Assembly: GCA_049976305.1 (NCBI GenBank)
Contig: JBMFIM010000001.1
Coordinates: 25,712 to 89,711 of the forward strand
From: Candidatus Micrarchaeia archaeon
Lineage (GTDB): Archaea; Micrarchaeota; Micrarchaeia; Micrarchaeales; CABMGC01
Direction of reading: 5' to 3'
DNA: 64,000 nucleotides
This document shows positions 9,012-19,710 of the stretch, in pieces (position 1 is the first letter of the stretch; every line of letters begins with the position of its first letter). A program made the translations under genes and the position numbers. The notes under the pieces are model-generated. The model worked only from the letters and a program-made list of their open reading frames with translations. It was not told the DNA's origin and ran no database searches.

Positions 9012-9413
9012 ATGCCTCGCAGGACCTTACTACTCAATACGCCACAGCAAAAGGGAGAGAGCACTTCAGAGCTTACAGACATGCTTTGCAGTGCGCTGGG
9101 CATAGCAAACAAGACTGAAGACAAAAAGGTTTTCAAGGAGATTGTAGAAAAAAGTCTCAGGGGAGTAGGAGTAACAAGCAAGGCACTCAGCAGAGAGCTA
9201 AAGCTTCCAAGAAGCACAGTGATATACAAACTTAATTACTTCATAGAAAGCGGGCTTGTAGTAAGGAAAGGCAGGCAGTACTTCCTAAGGGGAAGCAACA
9301 TGGAAGAAACAATACAGCAACTCGAGGCTGAGGTAGAAAGCACTTTCGAGAGGCTGCTTAAGCTTGCTTCAAAGCTTGACAAATTGATAGAAAGTGAGAT
9401 TTATGGCAAATGA
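9012..9413 (+). CDS. Winged-helix transcriptional regulator upstream of grpE-dnaK-dnaJ
   Basis: SKALSRELKLPRSTVIYKLNYFIESGLVVRKGRQYFL looks like a wHTH. It overlaps the grpE start and shares its orientation. Confidence 0.5.
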   Translation: MPRRTLLLNTPQQKGESTSELTDMLCSALGIANKTEDKKVFKEIVEKSLRGVGVTSKALSRELKLPRSTVIYKLNYFIESGLVVRKGRQYFLRGSNMEETIQQLEAEVESTFERLLKLASKLDKLIESEIYGK

Positions 9414-9993
9414 AGAAAAGGCCAACGGCACAAACAAGAGAGAGCAGAGTGAGAGCAACACAAACAGCAATACTGAAGCTAAGCAACAAGAGAACAAGGA
9501 GGGCAACAAGCAGCAGCAGGAAAAACAGCAACAGCAGGAAAACGAGCTTGAAAAGAAGGAAAAGGAAATCGCAGAACTCAAGGACAGGCTTCTGAGGCTT
9601 GCAGCAGAATTTGATAACTACAAAAAGAAAGTTGCAAGCGACGTACAGTCGGCAAAGGATGTTGGCAAGGCAGAGCTCGTTTCCAAGCTATTGCCTGTAA
9701 TAGACGCTTTCGAAATAGCGCTTTACTCTTCGTCGCTCAGCGAGCAGCAAAAAGAAGTAACCAAGGGTTTTGAGCTCATCTTCAGCGAGCTATATGAAAC
9801 CCTTAAAAACGAAGGCATGCAAGAAGTAGAAGTCAAAGGAAAATTTGACCCATACACGCAAGAGGTGCTGCTTACAAAACCTAGCGAAAAACCTGAGGGC
9901 AGTGTAATAGAAGTAGTAAGGAAAGGTTATGCTTTCAAAGGCATTCTGATAAGACCTGCGAGTGTAATTGTATCGAATGGAAAGAAAGAGTGA
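9403..9993 (+). CDS. grpE: Nucleotide exchange factor GrpE
   Basis: It carries LKDRLLRLAAEFDNYKKK plus a C-terminal beta domain (GYAFKGILIRPASV). GTGAG + 4 nt precedes the ATG at 9403, while the ORF opens at 9394. The N-terminus is N/Q/E-rich. Confidence 0.9.
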   Translation: MANEEKANGTNKREQSESNTNSNTEAKQQENKEGNKQQQEKQQQQENELEKKEKEIAELKDRLLRLAAEFDNYKKKVASDVQSAKDVGKAELVSKLLPVIDAFEIALYSSSLSEQQKEVTKGFELIFSELYETLKNEGMQEVEVKGKFDPYTQEVLLTKPSEKPEGSVIEVVRKGYAFKGILIRPASVIVSNGKKE

Positions 9994-10002
9994 GGTGATA
10001 TT

Positions 10003-11853
10003 ATGGCAAAGATAATAGGAATTGATTTGGGAACATCAAATAGCGCAGCTGCAGTACTACAGGGAGGTAGGCCTGTTCTAATACCAAGTGCAGAAGGAGT
10101 GACTCTATACGGCAAGGCTTTCCCTAGCTATGTGGCCTTCACCAAAGACGGCCAAGTGCTAGTAGGCGAGCCGGCAAGAAGGCAGGCAGTTGCCAATCCA
10201 GAAGGCACAGTAACAGCATTCAAGAGAAAAATGGGTACAGACTACAAGTACAAGATCTACGGCAAGGAATACAGGCCGCAGGAGCTTGCTGCTCTGCTTT
10301 TGCAGAAGATAAAGAAAGATGCAGAGGCTTTCCTCGGCGAAGAAGTAAAGCAAGCAGTTATTACAGTGCCTGCATATTTCAACGACAACCAAAGGCAAGC
10401 TACAAAGGATGCTGCAGAAATAGCGGGCCTTGAAGTAGTCAGGCTTGTAAACGAGCCTACTGCTGCATGCTTAGCTTATGGCATAGACAAGGCCAATACC
10501 GAACAGAAAATACTAGTATACGACTTTGGAGGTGGCACACTTGATGTAACAATCATGGAATTCGGAGGTGGAGTGTTTGAGGTAAAGGCGACTAGCGGCG
10601 ACACCCAGCTAGGCGGCACTGACATGGATAACGCACTGGTAAGCTTCTTGCAGGGGGAAATAAACAAGCAATATGGCATAGACATAAGCGCCGATGCACA
10701 AGCAATGCAGAGGCTTAGGGAAGCGGCTGAGAGGGCAAAGATTGAGCTTTCCAATACGCTGACAACGCAGATAAACCTGCCATTCTTAGCAATGGGCAAG
10801 GACGGCAAGCCGATAAACTTTACATATGATCTTACTAGAGCCAAGCTGGAAGAGATAGTCTTGCCAATAGTGGAAAGGACAAGAATTCCAATGATGCAGG
10901 CACTAAAAGACGCAAAGCTAGAGCCAAAAGACATAGACAAGGTAATATTAGTAGGTGGCCCAACAAGAATGCCTATAGTACAGAGATTTGTAGAGCAGCT
11001 ACTGGGCAAGAAAATAGAAAGAGGGGTTGACCCAATGGAAGCAGTAGCCTTTGGAGCAGCAATACAGGCAGGCGTACTAACAGGCGAGGTAAAGGACATA
11101 GTGCTGCTAGATGTCACTCCACTTTCTCTAGGCATCGAAACCCTTGGCGGAGTAATGACCGTGCTTATACCCAGAAACACCACAATACCTATAAGGAAGT
11201 CGCAGATATTCACCACCGCTGAAGACGACCAGACTGCAGTAGAGATAAGAATATTGCAAGGCGAAAGGCCACTGGCAAAGGACAACACTTTGCTAGGAAC
11301 ATTCACACTTACAGGCATACCTCCAGCACCAAGAGGCACCCCGCAAATAGAAGTAACATTTGACATCGATGCAAACGGCATATTGCACGTAAGCGCCAAA
11401 GACAAAGCAACAGGCAAAGAGCAGAGCATGCGCGTAGTCGCACCTAACAAGATGAGCAGAGAAGAGATTGAGCAGAAGATAAAAGAAGCAGAGATGCACG
11501 CTGCACAGGACAAGGCGGAGCTAGAGCTTATAGAAGCAAAAAATGATGCAGAATCTCTGATTTATGCCACAAATAGGACACTCAAAGACTACAGGGACAA
11601 GATACCAAAGGACATAGTGGATAGGGTTGAAGCAGCAATCAAAAACCTGGAAGAGGCAACGAAAGGCAACGATGCTGCTGAGATCAGGCAGAAAATAGAG
11701 GAGTTGAAGAAGGAGGCAGAGGCCATAGGAGCAAGCCTGTACGGTGCACAGGCAGGAGGCAGCTTTGGGCCAGGGGCAGGCTCGGGCTCCTCTGATTCAG
11801 GCGCAGGCGCTGGATCAAGCGACTCTGATGTAAACTTCAGGGTTGAGAAGTAA
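10003..11853 (+). CDS. dnaK: Chaperone DnaK (Hsp70)
   Basis: It carries [19 protein letters not shown] and [11 protein letters not shown], with a GSG-rich tail. Confidence 0.98.
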   Translation: MAKIIGIDLGTSNSAAAVLQGGRPVLIPSAEGVTLYGKAFPSYVAFTKDGQVLVGEPARRQAVANPEGTVTAFKRKMGTDYKYKIYGKEYRPQELAALLLQKIKKDAEAFLGEEVKQAVITVPAYFNDNQRQATKDAAEIAGLEVVRLVNEPTAACLAYGIDKANTEQKILVYDFGGGTLDVTIMEFGGGVFEVKATSGDTQLGGTDMDNALVSFLQGEINKQYGIDISADAQAMQRLREAAERAKIELSNTLTTQINLPFLAMGKDGKPINFTYDLTRAKLEEIVLPIVERTRIPMMQALKDAKLEPKDIDKVILVGGPTRMPIVQRFVEQLLGKKIERGVDPMEAVAFGAAIQAGVLTGEVKDIVLLDVTPLSLGIETLGGVMTVLIPRNTTIPIRKSQIFTTAEDDQTAVEIRILQGERPLAKDNTLLGTFTLTGIPPAPRGTPQIEVTFDIDANGILHVSAKDKATGKEQSMRVVAPNKMSREEIEQKIKEAEMHAAQDKAELELIEAKNDAESLIYATNRTLKDYRDKIPKDIVDRVEAAIKNLEEATKGNDAAEIRQKIEELKKEAEAIGASLYGAQAGGSFGPGAGSGSSDSGAGAGSSDSDVNFRVEK

Positions 11854-12944
11854 TGGCAAAGGACTATTACGAAATACTCGGCGTGCCAAAAAACGCCACT
11901 TTGGACGAGATAAAGAGAGCCTACAGGCAGCTTGTAATGAAATACCACCCGGATGTAAACAAAAGCAAGGAAGCAGAAGAAAAGATGCGAGAAATAAACG
12001 AGGCTTATGCAGTACTCAGCGACCCGGAAAAGCGTAGACGCTACGATATGCTTGGATCAGAGCAGTTCAGCCAGGAGTACAGCCCAGAAGACATATTCAG
12101 AGGATTCGACATCGAAAGCATCTTCAAAGATCTTGGTTTGAATTTTGATTTTGATTTTGACCTATTTCCAGGGTTTGGCAGAGGAGACTTTAGCGGCGAA
12201 CAACCTAGAGGAAGCGATATTCTTTACAAGCTCAACCTTACTTTTGAAGAGGCTGCAAAAGGGACTGAGAAGGAGATAACAATCAGGCATGTGAAGAAAT
12301 GCCCGCACTGCAACGGAACAGGAGTAGAGCCTGGCTATGGCTACATTACTTGCGACAAGTGTGGAGGTACAGGTAGGCTTGTCAGTTTCAGGAACACATT
12401 CTTTGGCAGGCTGCAAACTGTCACTGTGTGCGACAAGTGTGGAGGAAGCGGCAAAATACCTGAAAAGAAATGCAACGTATGCCGTGGAAAAGGCGGAGTG
12501 GTAGGAGAAGACAAAATTAAGGTGGAAATACCGCCAGGAGTAATGGATGGTATGAGGCTAAGGCTTAGCGGCATGGGAGACTATGCTAATGGCAGAAGCG
12601 GCGACCTCTACCTTGAAATCCATGTCGGCAAAAGCAAAGTGTTCGAAAGAAGCGGAGATGATTTGCTAGTAACGGTAACAATTCCGTTCTATACTGCTGC
12701 GCTGGGTGGCGAAATAGAGGTGCCAACGCTAGATGGTGCAAAGAGAATTGTAATACCTCCTGGAACCCAGCCAGGCACAAAGATAAGAATTCCAAACGCA
12801 GGAATAAGGCACTTCAAGTCAAGTGGTAGCGGAGACGAGATAGTAACGCTTAATATAGAGATACCAAAAAGCCTCACACCAAACGAAAGGAAATTGCTTG
12901 AAGATTTCAAGAATTTGAGGGAAAAGAAAAGGCCCTTCTTCTAG
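11853..12944 (+). CDS. dnaJ: Co-chaperone DnaJ
   Basis: It has a J domain ([13 protein letters not shown]) and four CxxCxG zinc-finger repeats. The ATG overlaps the dnaK stop. Confidence 0.97.
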   Translation: MAKDYYEILGVPKNATLDEIKRAYRQLVMKYHPDVNKSKEAEEKMREINEAYAVLSDPEKRRRYDMLGSEQFSQEYSPEDIFRGFDIESIFKDLGLNFDFDFDLFPGFGRGDFSGEQPRGSDILYKLNLTFEEAAKGTEKEITIRHVKKCPHCNGTGVEPGYGYITCDKCGGTGRLVSFRNTFFGRLQTVTVCDKCGGSGKIPEKKCNVCRGKGGVVGEDKIKVEIPPGVMDGMRLRLSGMGDYANGRSGDLYLEIHVGKSKVFERSGDDLLVTVTIPFYTAALGGEIEVPTLDGAKRIVIPPGTQPGTKIRIPNAGIRHFKSSGSGDEIVTLNIEIPKSLTPNERKLLEDFKNLREKKRPFF

Positions 12945-12955
12945 CCCCGCGTAGA

Positions 12956-14002
12956 CTAGAAGATACTCCTACCTTGCTTTTTTGCTACGCGCCTCGCAGT
13001 AAGAACCATTAAAATAGATATGAGAAAACCCAGCAAAACTAGCAATGAGCCAAAGTATGCGTTCTTAGCAATAAGGCTAAGCCCTAAAGCGATTGCTATA
13101 AAGGAAAAGATGGGGGGTATTGCAGGCAAACCTATTTTGTATGTCTTGAGCAGATACATTGTAAATACAAGGCCCAGCGATGCACCCACCGCTATTACCA
13201 CAGCGAAGAAGTAGCTTGCGAATGAAAAGTAAGCGCTAACTGCGAGCATAAGCGGCATTGTCAAATCACCAGTCCCCAAAGCAGTTTGTGTAGGCACCGG
13301 CAAAGCGCCTTGTCTTATTGCCTGCTTTATCTGCTTGCTCCTTATTTTTGCCTTGGCAAGCATCTTCTTGAGCTCTTTGATGCTCCTTTTGCTGAGATAA
13401 GCCTTAGGCACCAGCTCTACCTCAGAAGAGCCTACAAGCAAAGCCATGTTTCTATCTACCGCCTGCTTGCCCAATGCAAGCATGTGTTTTGTTACAAAAA
13501 CCGCCACGTAGTCATAGGCTGCTATTATCATCATAAAGACAAAGGCGACAGTAAAAGGAAGAAAGCCAAGCACTATTCCTGCACCCAAGCTGGCGATTAT
13601 TGCAACCTCGTTTCTCAGCCAAGGCTTCTTATATTTCGCAATCATAAGCAAGACAGGAAGGGCTATTGAAGCTGCCACTACTTCTGGCACGTATGCCTGT
13701 TGCGGAAATATGCTGCCAAGGATTATTAGGAAAAGGTAAAAGGAAGCAATTACTACTATTACACCTTCTATTATCGCATAGATCGCCGCACCGTGGTAAA
13801 ACTTGAAAATTAGCAAAAGAAATACGGTGCCGGCAAGCACATAAAGAAAAAACCAAAGTGCATCAAAAGAGGAAGCCTGCTGCGCAGGCACCACTGCTAT
13901 CGGTGGCAAAAAGAAGAATACTATCAGCAAACCGAGAAACTGGACTAAGAGGAAAAGAGATACAATGTAAACAAGCTGCCTGTATTCTATTATTCTCTCC
14001 AT
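12956..14002 (-). CDS. Presenilin / signal-peptide-peptidase homologue (GxGD intramembrane aspartyl protease)
   Basis: It is polytopic. AAYDYVAV gives the YD motif, ALGTGDLTMPL the GxGD motif, and LPAIPP a PAL-like motif. Confidence 0.7.
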   Translation of the reverse strand: MERIIEYRQLVYIVSLFLLVQFLGLLIVFFFLPPIAVVPAQQASSFDALWFFLYVLAGTVFLLLIFKFYHGAAIYAIIEGVIVVIASFYLFLIILGSIFPQQAYVPEVVAASIALPVLLMIAKYKKPWLRNEVAIIASLGAGIVLGFLPFTVAFVFMMIIAAYDYVAVFVTKHMLALGKQAVDRNMALLVGSSEVELVPKAYLSKRSIKELKKMLAKAKIRSKQIKQAIRQGALPVPTQTALGTGDLTMPLMLAVSAYFSFASYFFAVVIAVGASLGLVFTMYLLKTYKIGLPAIPPIFSFIAIALGLSLIAKNAYFGSLLVLLGFLISILMVLTARRVAKKQGRSIF

Positions 14003-16065
14003 TACTCTGCCTCATGCTTTACTATCTTGAGCTCCCCTGGCTTTGGCATATAAACATCTCCGCTCCTCTCGAGCTCGTCAAGATATTTTATTGCCGTTTG
14101 CCTGTCTATTCCTATTTTTTCAGCTTCTTCAAGCACAGCGGTAACCTTTGCTGTTTTCTCCTTTTCTTCAAGCTCCTTTATGATGTTCATCAGCGCGTTG
14201 ATCTTATCTACTTTCTCTTTCGGCATGCCTGTTTGCAAAATGTCAATGTCCCTCCTTCCACTTCTATCAACGGCAAGTGTGTTAAGCATATACTCAAACA
14301 AAGATATGGCAACATCTGCGTCTCTGCTGGTAACCACAGGCGAAAGCCTTGCTTTAGCGCTGGCTTCTGCAAGCCTAACAAGGCCTTCTATTTGCCTGGG
14401 CGTTATTGGCGTTACGCCTTGCTTTAGCCCAAGCTTCCTGAGCTCTATGTAATAGTTCGCTATTCTATCGCTCGCTTCTCTAAGCAACCTAGGCTTTATG
14501 TTTTTCCTTGCGTAGGCTATGTATTTTCTCAACAGCTCAGGGTCTATAGGCGGAGCTGCGACCTGTTCGTATGCTTCAACTTGCTCGAGCTGCGCACCTG
14601 CTGCTTCATGCTGAACAAGTATGTGCTTTGCTATGTTTCTGTCAAGCTCCTCATCCATAAGATCTGCTATTGGGAAGATTAGGTCAAACCTTGAAAGCAA
14701 CGCTGGAGGTATGTCAAACTGCTCAGAAGGATAGATGTTCTTTTCAAACCTCCCAAACTTCGGGTTTGCTGAAGCTAGAATTGAGGTTTTCGCGTTGAAC
14801 CTAGCAACTATGCCGGCCTTTGCCACACTGATAGTTTGCGACTCCATAGCTTCCAGAAGGCCTGCTTTGTCTTCGTCGCTGATCTTATCGAACTCGTCTA
14901 TGCATACAGTACCTCCTGATCCTAAAACAAGTGCCCCGGCCTTGAGCGTCCAGCCGCCTTCGGAAAGCTCATCCCTCTCTGCAGTAGCTGTAAGACCTGC
15001 TGAGCTTACAGACTTACCGCTTACATATATTCCCTTCGGCACTATGCTAGAAACTGCCTGCAAAAGCCTTGTCTTGGCTGTTCCAGGATCGCCGATGAGA
15101 AGAATATGTATGTCGCTTCTTATGAGCCCGCCATCAACAAGGCGCTTGTCAGGAGTCCCGCCAAACAGCTGCAGCACTATTGCCTTCTTTATCTCATCAT
15201 AGCCGTAAATTGAAGGGGCAATGGACTTGGCCAGCTTATCAAATATGAGTGGATCCTTCGCAAGCTCAATTATCTTGGCTTCTTCCTCTGGTGTTATTTC
15301 AAGTTCAGCAAATTCTTTCTGTTTTGGCTTAACCGACACGGCATCCAAAAACATAGTAAATACAGACTTTTCCTGCTTACCCCTGCTAGTAATTCTAGGC
15401 CTTATTCGCAAAATTCCAGTAATGTCCGCCCTATCGCCGGGCAAGACGCTATTTACAAGATCATCCTGAAGCCAAATTTCCATATGAAGATTAGGCACAT
15501 TGCCCTTAAGCTTTTCGAGAGGGTCTTGTATTTCCAGCTTCTGCAGGTCTATGAATTGTGACTCCTCAGTAACTTGCTTTAGTGATCTGTGCTTGCATTG
15601 TGGGCAAACCTCAGGCACTTCTTCATGCTCTATGTCAAGCTTTACTACCGCCCCGCAGACATTGCAGCGAAATACACCAACGTGAACCTTTGGCATTATC
15701 TCTGAGCGCTTTGTAATTAGCGAGTCTATGGTGAGGAGCTTCCCTATTTCGTCAGAGCCGACATCCTGTAAGAGCGGCGCTGCGGAGGGGTCCGAGTTAA
15801 AGAATCTCACATACAAGGGCTTTGCAGGGTTGGGTGCAGGATTGAGCTTGGCGAGGGCTTCGTTTGCGGCAATAATAACAGGGTCTGGGTTGTTTAGCAG
15901 TTCCTGCGCAAGCTCATGGTCAAACCTCTCCAGGTCTACGATATCTACATAAAGCGACCTTTTCTGGGGGTAAACAATAAGCAAGTTTTTAATCTGCTCA
16001 GAATAGTAGGTATTGAGAAACTCGAGGAGCCTGTCCTCATACTCTCTGGCAACCACTGCTTCCAT
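14002..16065 (-). CDS. mcm: MCM replicative helicase
   Basis: It carries a Zn motif (CNVCG..CPQC), Walker A (IGDPGTAKTRLL), Walker B (CIDEFDK) and an arginine-finger region (SRFDLIF). AGGGGA + 3 nt precedes the ATG at 16065, while the ORF opens at 16110. Confidence 0.97.
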   Translation of the reverse strand: MEAVVAREYEDRLLEFLNTYYSEQIKNLLIVYPQKRSLYVDIVDLERFDHELAQELLNNPDPVIIAANEALAKLNPAPNPAKPLYVRFFNSDPSAAPLLQDVGSDEIGKLLTIDSLITKRSEIMPKVHVGVFRCNVCGAVVKLDIEHEEVPEVCPQCKHRSLKQVTEESQFIDLQKLEIQDPLEKLKGNVPNLHMEIWLQDDLVNSVLPGDRADITGILRIRPRITSRGKQEKSVFTMFLDAVSVKPKQKEFAELEITPEEEAKIIELAKDPLIFDKLAKSIAPSIYGYDEIKKAIVLQLFGGTPDKRLVDGGLIRSDIHILLIGDPGTAKTRLLQAVSSIVPKGIYVSGKSVSSAGLTATAERDELSEGGWTLKAGALVLGSGGTVCIDEFDKISDEDKAGLLEAMESQTISVAKAGIVARFNAKTSILASANPKFGRFEKNIYPSEQFDIPPALLSRFDLIFPIADLMDEELDRNIAKHILVQHEAAGAQLEQVEAYEQVAAPPIDPELLRKYIAYARKNIKPRLLREASDRIANYYIELRKLGLKQGVTPITPRQIEGLVRLAEASAKARLSPVVTSRDADVAISLFEYMLNTLAVDRSGRRDIDILQTGMPKEKVDKINALMNIIKELEEKEKTAKVTAVLEEAEKIGIDRQTAIKYLDELERSGDVYMPKPGELKIVKHEAE

Positions 16066-16193
16066 ACTTCCCCTATTAGATTGATTTGAACAGTTATTTA
16101 AATGTTGCAAATGCGGCTCTTTGTATTTGCCTCCTCCCTGATCGAGAAAAGATATTTTAAAGTAGAAGTCAAAAATTTTAACGAGGTGGGGAG

Positions 16194-18824
16194 TTGCCTA
16201 GCGTTGCAGGCTCTACCGAAGATGCTATAAATAATGCTGCATCTGCAGAAAAAACGTCTGTATTTCTTGTAGGCGAAGCTGGCGGCGGACTAATTTGGTT
16301 TGACAAGGACAATTGGATTGGCCTATACCATATTTTGAAAGAGAGAATATTGGCAAAGAATGCACCGGCCGCGATAATTTTCCATGGCGAGATACTGCCT
16401 GCTTTGCCAAAATATATAACAAAAGGTGGTTACAGTAAGAGCCAACCTCTGCAAGAAGACATAAACAGCCTGGACCTGGCAGTAGTGCAGGTAAAGCCAC
16501 ACTTATCAAGGATAGCAAAGCTGGCAAAAGAGGAAGGAATTGAACTGTACTACGTAATGGGCCCAAGCGACAGAGACAATATTGCCCGAGAACACGACAT
16601 GCTAGTGAGAATTTATACCAACTCTCCGAAAGACTTACTACAAATGATTGTAAGTATAAGGGAAAAAATTAGAGCGAATAACAAAATAATCGAGACTACA
16701 GAAAAAATAATGAAAAAGGAGCTTGAAAAAACCACACAGAACACGAGCAAAATCCAAAACATGCAAGAAAAGATTAGGCAGCTAAAAGAGGAAAACGAAG
16801 ATTTTGAGAAGCTTGATCAGCTTTATATCAAGCTTGTAGAACTATGGCTAGAAGAACATCCGGGCGAAGCTGAACAAGATAAATCTTTGAACCCTGAAGA
16901 GAAAGGTGACATCTCTAGGCTTGTCAACGAAATTAGAGGAAGAGGCATCGAGAAAAGTGAAATAGAGAAGAAAATAGAGGAACTGACTAGGGAGCTGGAG
17001 AAAACAGACAAAGACAAAGAGCCTGAAAAATACAAGCAGCTAGATGAAGAAATAAAAAAGCTCAACAACGAGCTAAAGAAAGGAACGTACAAAGACATTA
17101 GAAAAACTAAGCAGAAAGCTGAAGAAGGCGTATTCAAAAGGGAGAGACCTGGAGAGCTTTATACAGGCCACTACGCGGGATCAAAAGAGCTAGATGCGCT
17201 TGCGTTTGAAATAGCCAATGCGTATATTGCGCTCAACATACGAAATGCGTTTGGAAGGAGAATAAATATACAAATACTTCCTGAGCTGGTAAATGATATA
17301 GCTATAAAAGGGCACGCTTTTAGAGTCTCTGACTTGCCTTCCGAAGCATCAAGAGAGTATCTTTCTGTACAGAACTATTTCAAGGCTCTAGTGCAAGGGC
17401 TAACAGGCACGACAATAGTCACTATGGCGCACACAACTTCTTACCATGTTGATACAGTTCCACCATACAATGATGTAAGGAAAAATACGGGAGTAGTATA
17501 TGAGGTTGCGGTGCCGCCAATTATAGACGGAGAAAAAGTCAAAGATGCTTGGAGATCTGGCATTAATACCCCGCTTACAAAAGCCGTAAAGAAAGGCAAA
17601 GGAGTAACTACAGGATTTGTAGAGGTTACTTTTGACAGTAATGGCGTAAAGACAACATATTATTCATATGAATTCTTGCATCAGAAGGCAGGTGAAGAAT
17701 ACAATATACAAAGAGAGATTTTGAACAAATTGCTGAGGGGCAATGGCAACAATATTACAGAAAAGCCTAGCATAGAAGACAAAATCCAGATCCATAACAA
17801 GTTGCCTGAAGAGATGAATAAGCGCCTGATCCAATTGGCCAAAAAATATTTCCCGGCCGCACTGGCGTTACCCAGTCATGAGCAGGGAGAAACGCGCCGC
17901 TTGGATGTTTTGATGGTAAATGATACGCACATCGGCACTGCTGGCTATGGTGAAATTACTACTCGCCGCATGCTCGATGCCCTGGCTAAAAAACTAAAGG
18001 AAATGGGGTTTAGCATTGGCCTACTTTTCCTTGGAGGGGACAACATCGAAGGCGCCTATAAGGCTATAAAATATGAGAAGTACGAAGGGCGTGACATACG
18101 TGGTATATATCAGCTGAAAGGCGGCGCCCTAAGGATTAAATACGAAGCTTGGTTGCAAGAGCATCAGCCCATACCGAGCACGAATGACCAAATCGCAGAG
18201 CTAGTGAACAACATAAAGCCATTGCTAAGATCTGCTAAAACAATACTGCTTGTTTCGGGCCAACACACTAACAAGACCTACCCTGACAAAACAATAGATG
18301 AAGCCACTGCAATAAGGGATGCGTTGTTGCCTATTGCTTCTAAATACGGCGTACGCGAAAAAGACATCATTGCAGTGCCAGGCGGAGACAAAGGAGTTGG
18401 AGCGGTAAGACTTGACGATGGTACTACCATTTTTGTCGCACATAGTTTGCCTAACGGGTTACGATTTCCCAACGAAACAGTATTGGCGCTAGGTGCGGAT
18501 AAGCATCAGCACATAGTTGATGTAGAAACCGACCATGGCGGGCATATAATTGTAAAAACAACGGGCGCTTCTTCTTCGCCGATTACCCACTTTGTTAACC
18601 AGATAGGCATATCAACAAGTCAGTCAATGAGGGGCTTTACTACCGTTTCTGCAGAGTACGGAAACAGAACTCACATACTTCATAAGCTTGAAACATACTT
18701 CATATCACTAGACGACCTGATGCCATTAATAAGAAAAGGATTAGAAAGAGATTTTGGCAAAGAAGACCTGGAAAGGCTTGAAAAATTTGAAGAAGGGCGG
18801 ATTACAATAAAAGCAAGCAGTTAA
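16194..18824 (+). CDS. Large orphan protein: degenerate N-terminal and better-preserved C-terminal metallophosphoesterase-like modules with a central K/E coiled coil
   Basis: The TTG start is preceded by GAGGTGGGGAG. The C-terminal module has NDTHIG (~17922), GGDNIEG (~18033), SGQHTN (~18255) and DKHQH (~18498), which resemble MPE motifs I, II, III and V. The N-terminal module has the same spacing with substituted residues (VGEAGGG, FHGEIL, MGPSDRD). About 180 aa of heptad-like K/E sequence span ~16640-17190. Confidence 0.6.
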   Translation: MPSVAGSTEDAINNAASAEKTSVFLVGEAGGGLIWFDKDNWIGLYHILKERILAKNAPAAIIFHGEILPALPKYITKGGYSKSQPLQEDINSLDLAVVQVKPHLSRIAKLAKEEGIELYYVMGPSDRDNIAREHDMLVRIYTNSPKDLLQMIVSIREKIRANNKIIETTEKIMKKELEKTTQNTSKIQNMQEKIRQLKEENEDFEKLDQLYIKLVELWLEEHPGEAEQDKSLNPEEKGDISRLVNEIRGRGIEKSEIEKKIEELTRELEKTDKDKEPEKYKQLDEEIKKLNNELKKGTYKDIRKTKQKAEEGVFKRERPGELYTGHYAGSKELDALAFEIANAYIALNIRNAFGRRINIQILPELVNDIAIKGHAFRVSDLPSEASREYLSVQNYFKALVQGLTGTTIVTMAHTTSYHVDTVPPYNDVRKNTGVVYEVAVPPIIDGEKVKDAWRSGINTPLTKAVKKGKGVTTGFVEVTFDSNGVKTTYYSYEFLHQKAGEEYNIQREILNKLLRGNGNNITEKPSIEDKIQIHNKLPEEMNKRLIQLAKKYFPAALALPSHEQGETRRLDVLMVNDTHIGTAGYGEITTRRMLDALAKKLKEMGFSIGLLFLGGDNIEGAYKAIKYEKYEGRDIRGIYQLKGGALRIKYEAWLQEHQPIPSTNDQIAELVNNIKPLLRSAKTILLVSGQHTNKTYPDKTIDEATAIRDALLPIASKYGVREKDIIAVPGGDKGVGAVRLDDGTTIFVAHSLPNGLRFPNETVLALGADKHQHIVDVETDHGGHIIVKTTGASSSPITHFVNQIGISTSQSMRGFTTVSAEYGNRTHILHKLETYFISLDDLMPLIRKGLERDFGKEDLERLEKFEEGRITIKASS

Positions 18825-18839
18825 GCTTTGCCTACTTTT

Positions 18840-19583
18840 CTACTCCTCGACGTAAGGAGCAAGATAGTAAGTTATCGAAGCCTCGCCGATTTTGTAGCTT
18901 AGCTTGAGAGGCTGGTTGGTCTTGAGCGACAAAACAACTGAGCCGCCTACAGGGCTTGACTTCACCATATTCTCAAGAAACTCCAGGTTGAAAGTTGCTG
19001 TTGCGTCCTTACTCGCCTCTACCTTCTTAACCTCAGAACCGTCAATCTCATGCACCTCTTCCAGCTCGCCAGAGTCTCCCTTCGCCGTTATTGCAAAAGA
19101 ATCTTTGCTTGCCTTGAAAGCAACATAAGACGAGATTAGGCTTGCATCTTTGAGTATGTCCTTAAGATGCTCTCCATCTACTTCAACGTTCGCATCGAAC
19201 TCGACCTTTGGCTCCTTCTCTTCCTTGCTCTTTATGTCTATAAGCTGAAGTTTGTATCTCCTTTTGCTTTTGCCTCCTGAAAATTCGAGAAGCAGCTTGT
19301 TGTCAAGATCTTTGAGCACAAGGCTTTCGTTGTCCCTTGTTCTTGATAGGATCTTGCTCAGGCTGTCTAGATTAACCCCAACGTTCACATTCTTCTCCAC
19401 ATCATATTGGGAGAATGCCTTGCTTGGCATGAAAAATGAGACCATGCTTATGCCGGATGGGTCCATTGCCTTGAGAGAGATGCCATCCTTGCTTATAACA
19501 AATGAGCCTTCGTCTATCAAGCTGACAATTGCCTCGACGCAGTCCCTCCAATATTTTGCATCATCTATCTTTATTTCAAACAC
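18840..19583 (-). CDS. pcn: DNA sliding clamp PCNA
   Basis: The 247-aa sequence FEIKIDDAKYWRDCVEAIVSLIDEGSFVISKDGISLKAMDPSGISMV is typical of archaeal PCNA. The GTG start follows GGGGA + 5 nt. Confidence 0.9.
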   Translation of the reverse strand: MFEIKIDDAKYWRDCVEAIVSLIDEGSFVISKDGISLKAMDPSGISMVSFFMPSKAFSQYDVEKNVNVGVNLDSLSKILSRTRDNESLVLKDLDNKLLLEFSGGKSKRRYKLQLIDIKSKEEKEPKVEFDANVEVDGEHLKDILKDASLISSYVAFKASKDSFAITAKGDSGELEEVHEIDGSEVKKVEASKDATATFNLEFLENMVKSSPVGGSVVLSLKTNQPLKLSYKIGEASITYYLAPYVEE

Positions 19584-19688
19584 GCAAATCCCCTGATAAA
19601 GTTACAACGAAAACATTATTTAATTTTGCTAGCAGCAGAGAGCATGGAAGGGCATACGATAGGTATATTAATTTTATCGGATAATAGA

Positions 19689-19704
19689 TATCGATTAACC
19701 GATA
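19689..19704. promoter_or_regulatory. Short inverted repeat TATCG-N6-CGATA just upstream of the padR start (candidate operator)
   Basis: The sequence TATCGattaacCGATA is preceded by another TATCG at 19675. It lies between a TATA-like GTATATTAATTTT (~19662) and the ATG at 19711. The arms are only 5 bp. Confidence 0.2.
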
Positions 19705-19710
19705 GATAGC

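Noticed and set aside
10476-11513. 345-aa ORF on the minus strand inside dnaK
   Set aside because: It is antisense to an unambiguous Hsp70 gene. The translation is S/C/L-rich low complexity with no motif, which is a typical shadow ORF.
16194-18824. Calling the 876-aa protein Mre11/SbcD or the PolD small subunit
   Set aside because: Only generic metallophosphoesterase-like motifs are visible and motif III is altered (GQHT). There is no Rad50-type ATPase, Zn hook or DP1 OB/N-terminal features. It is kept as an orphan with a hypothesis only.
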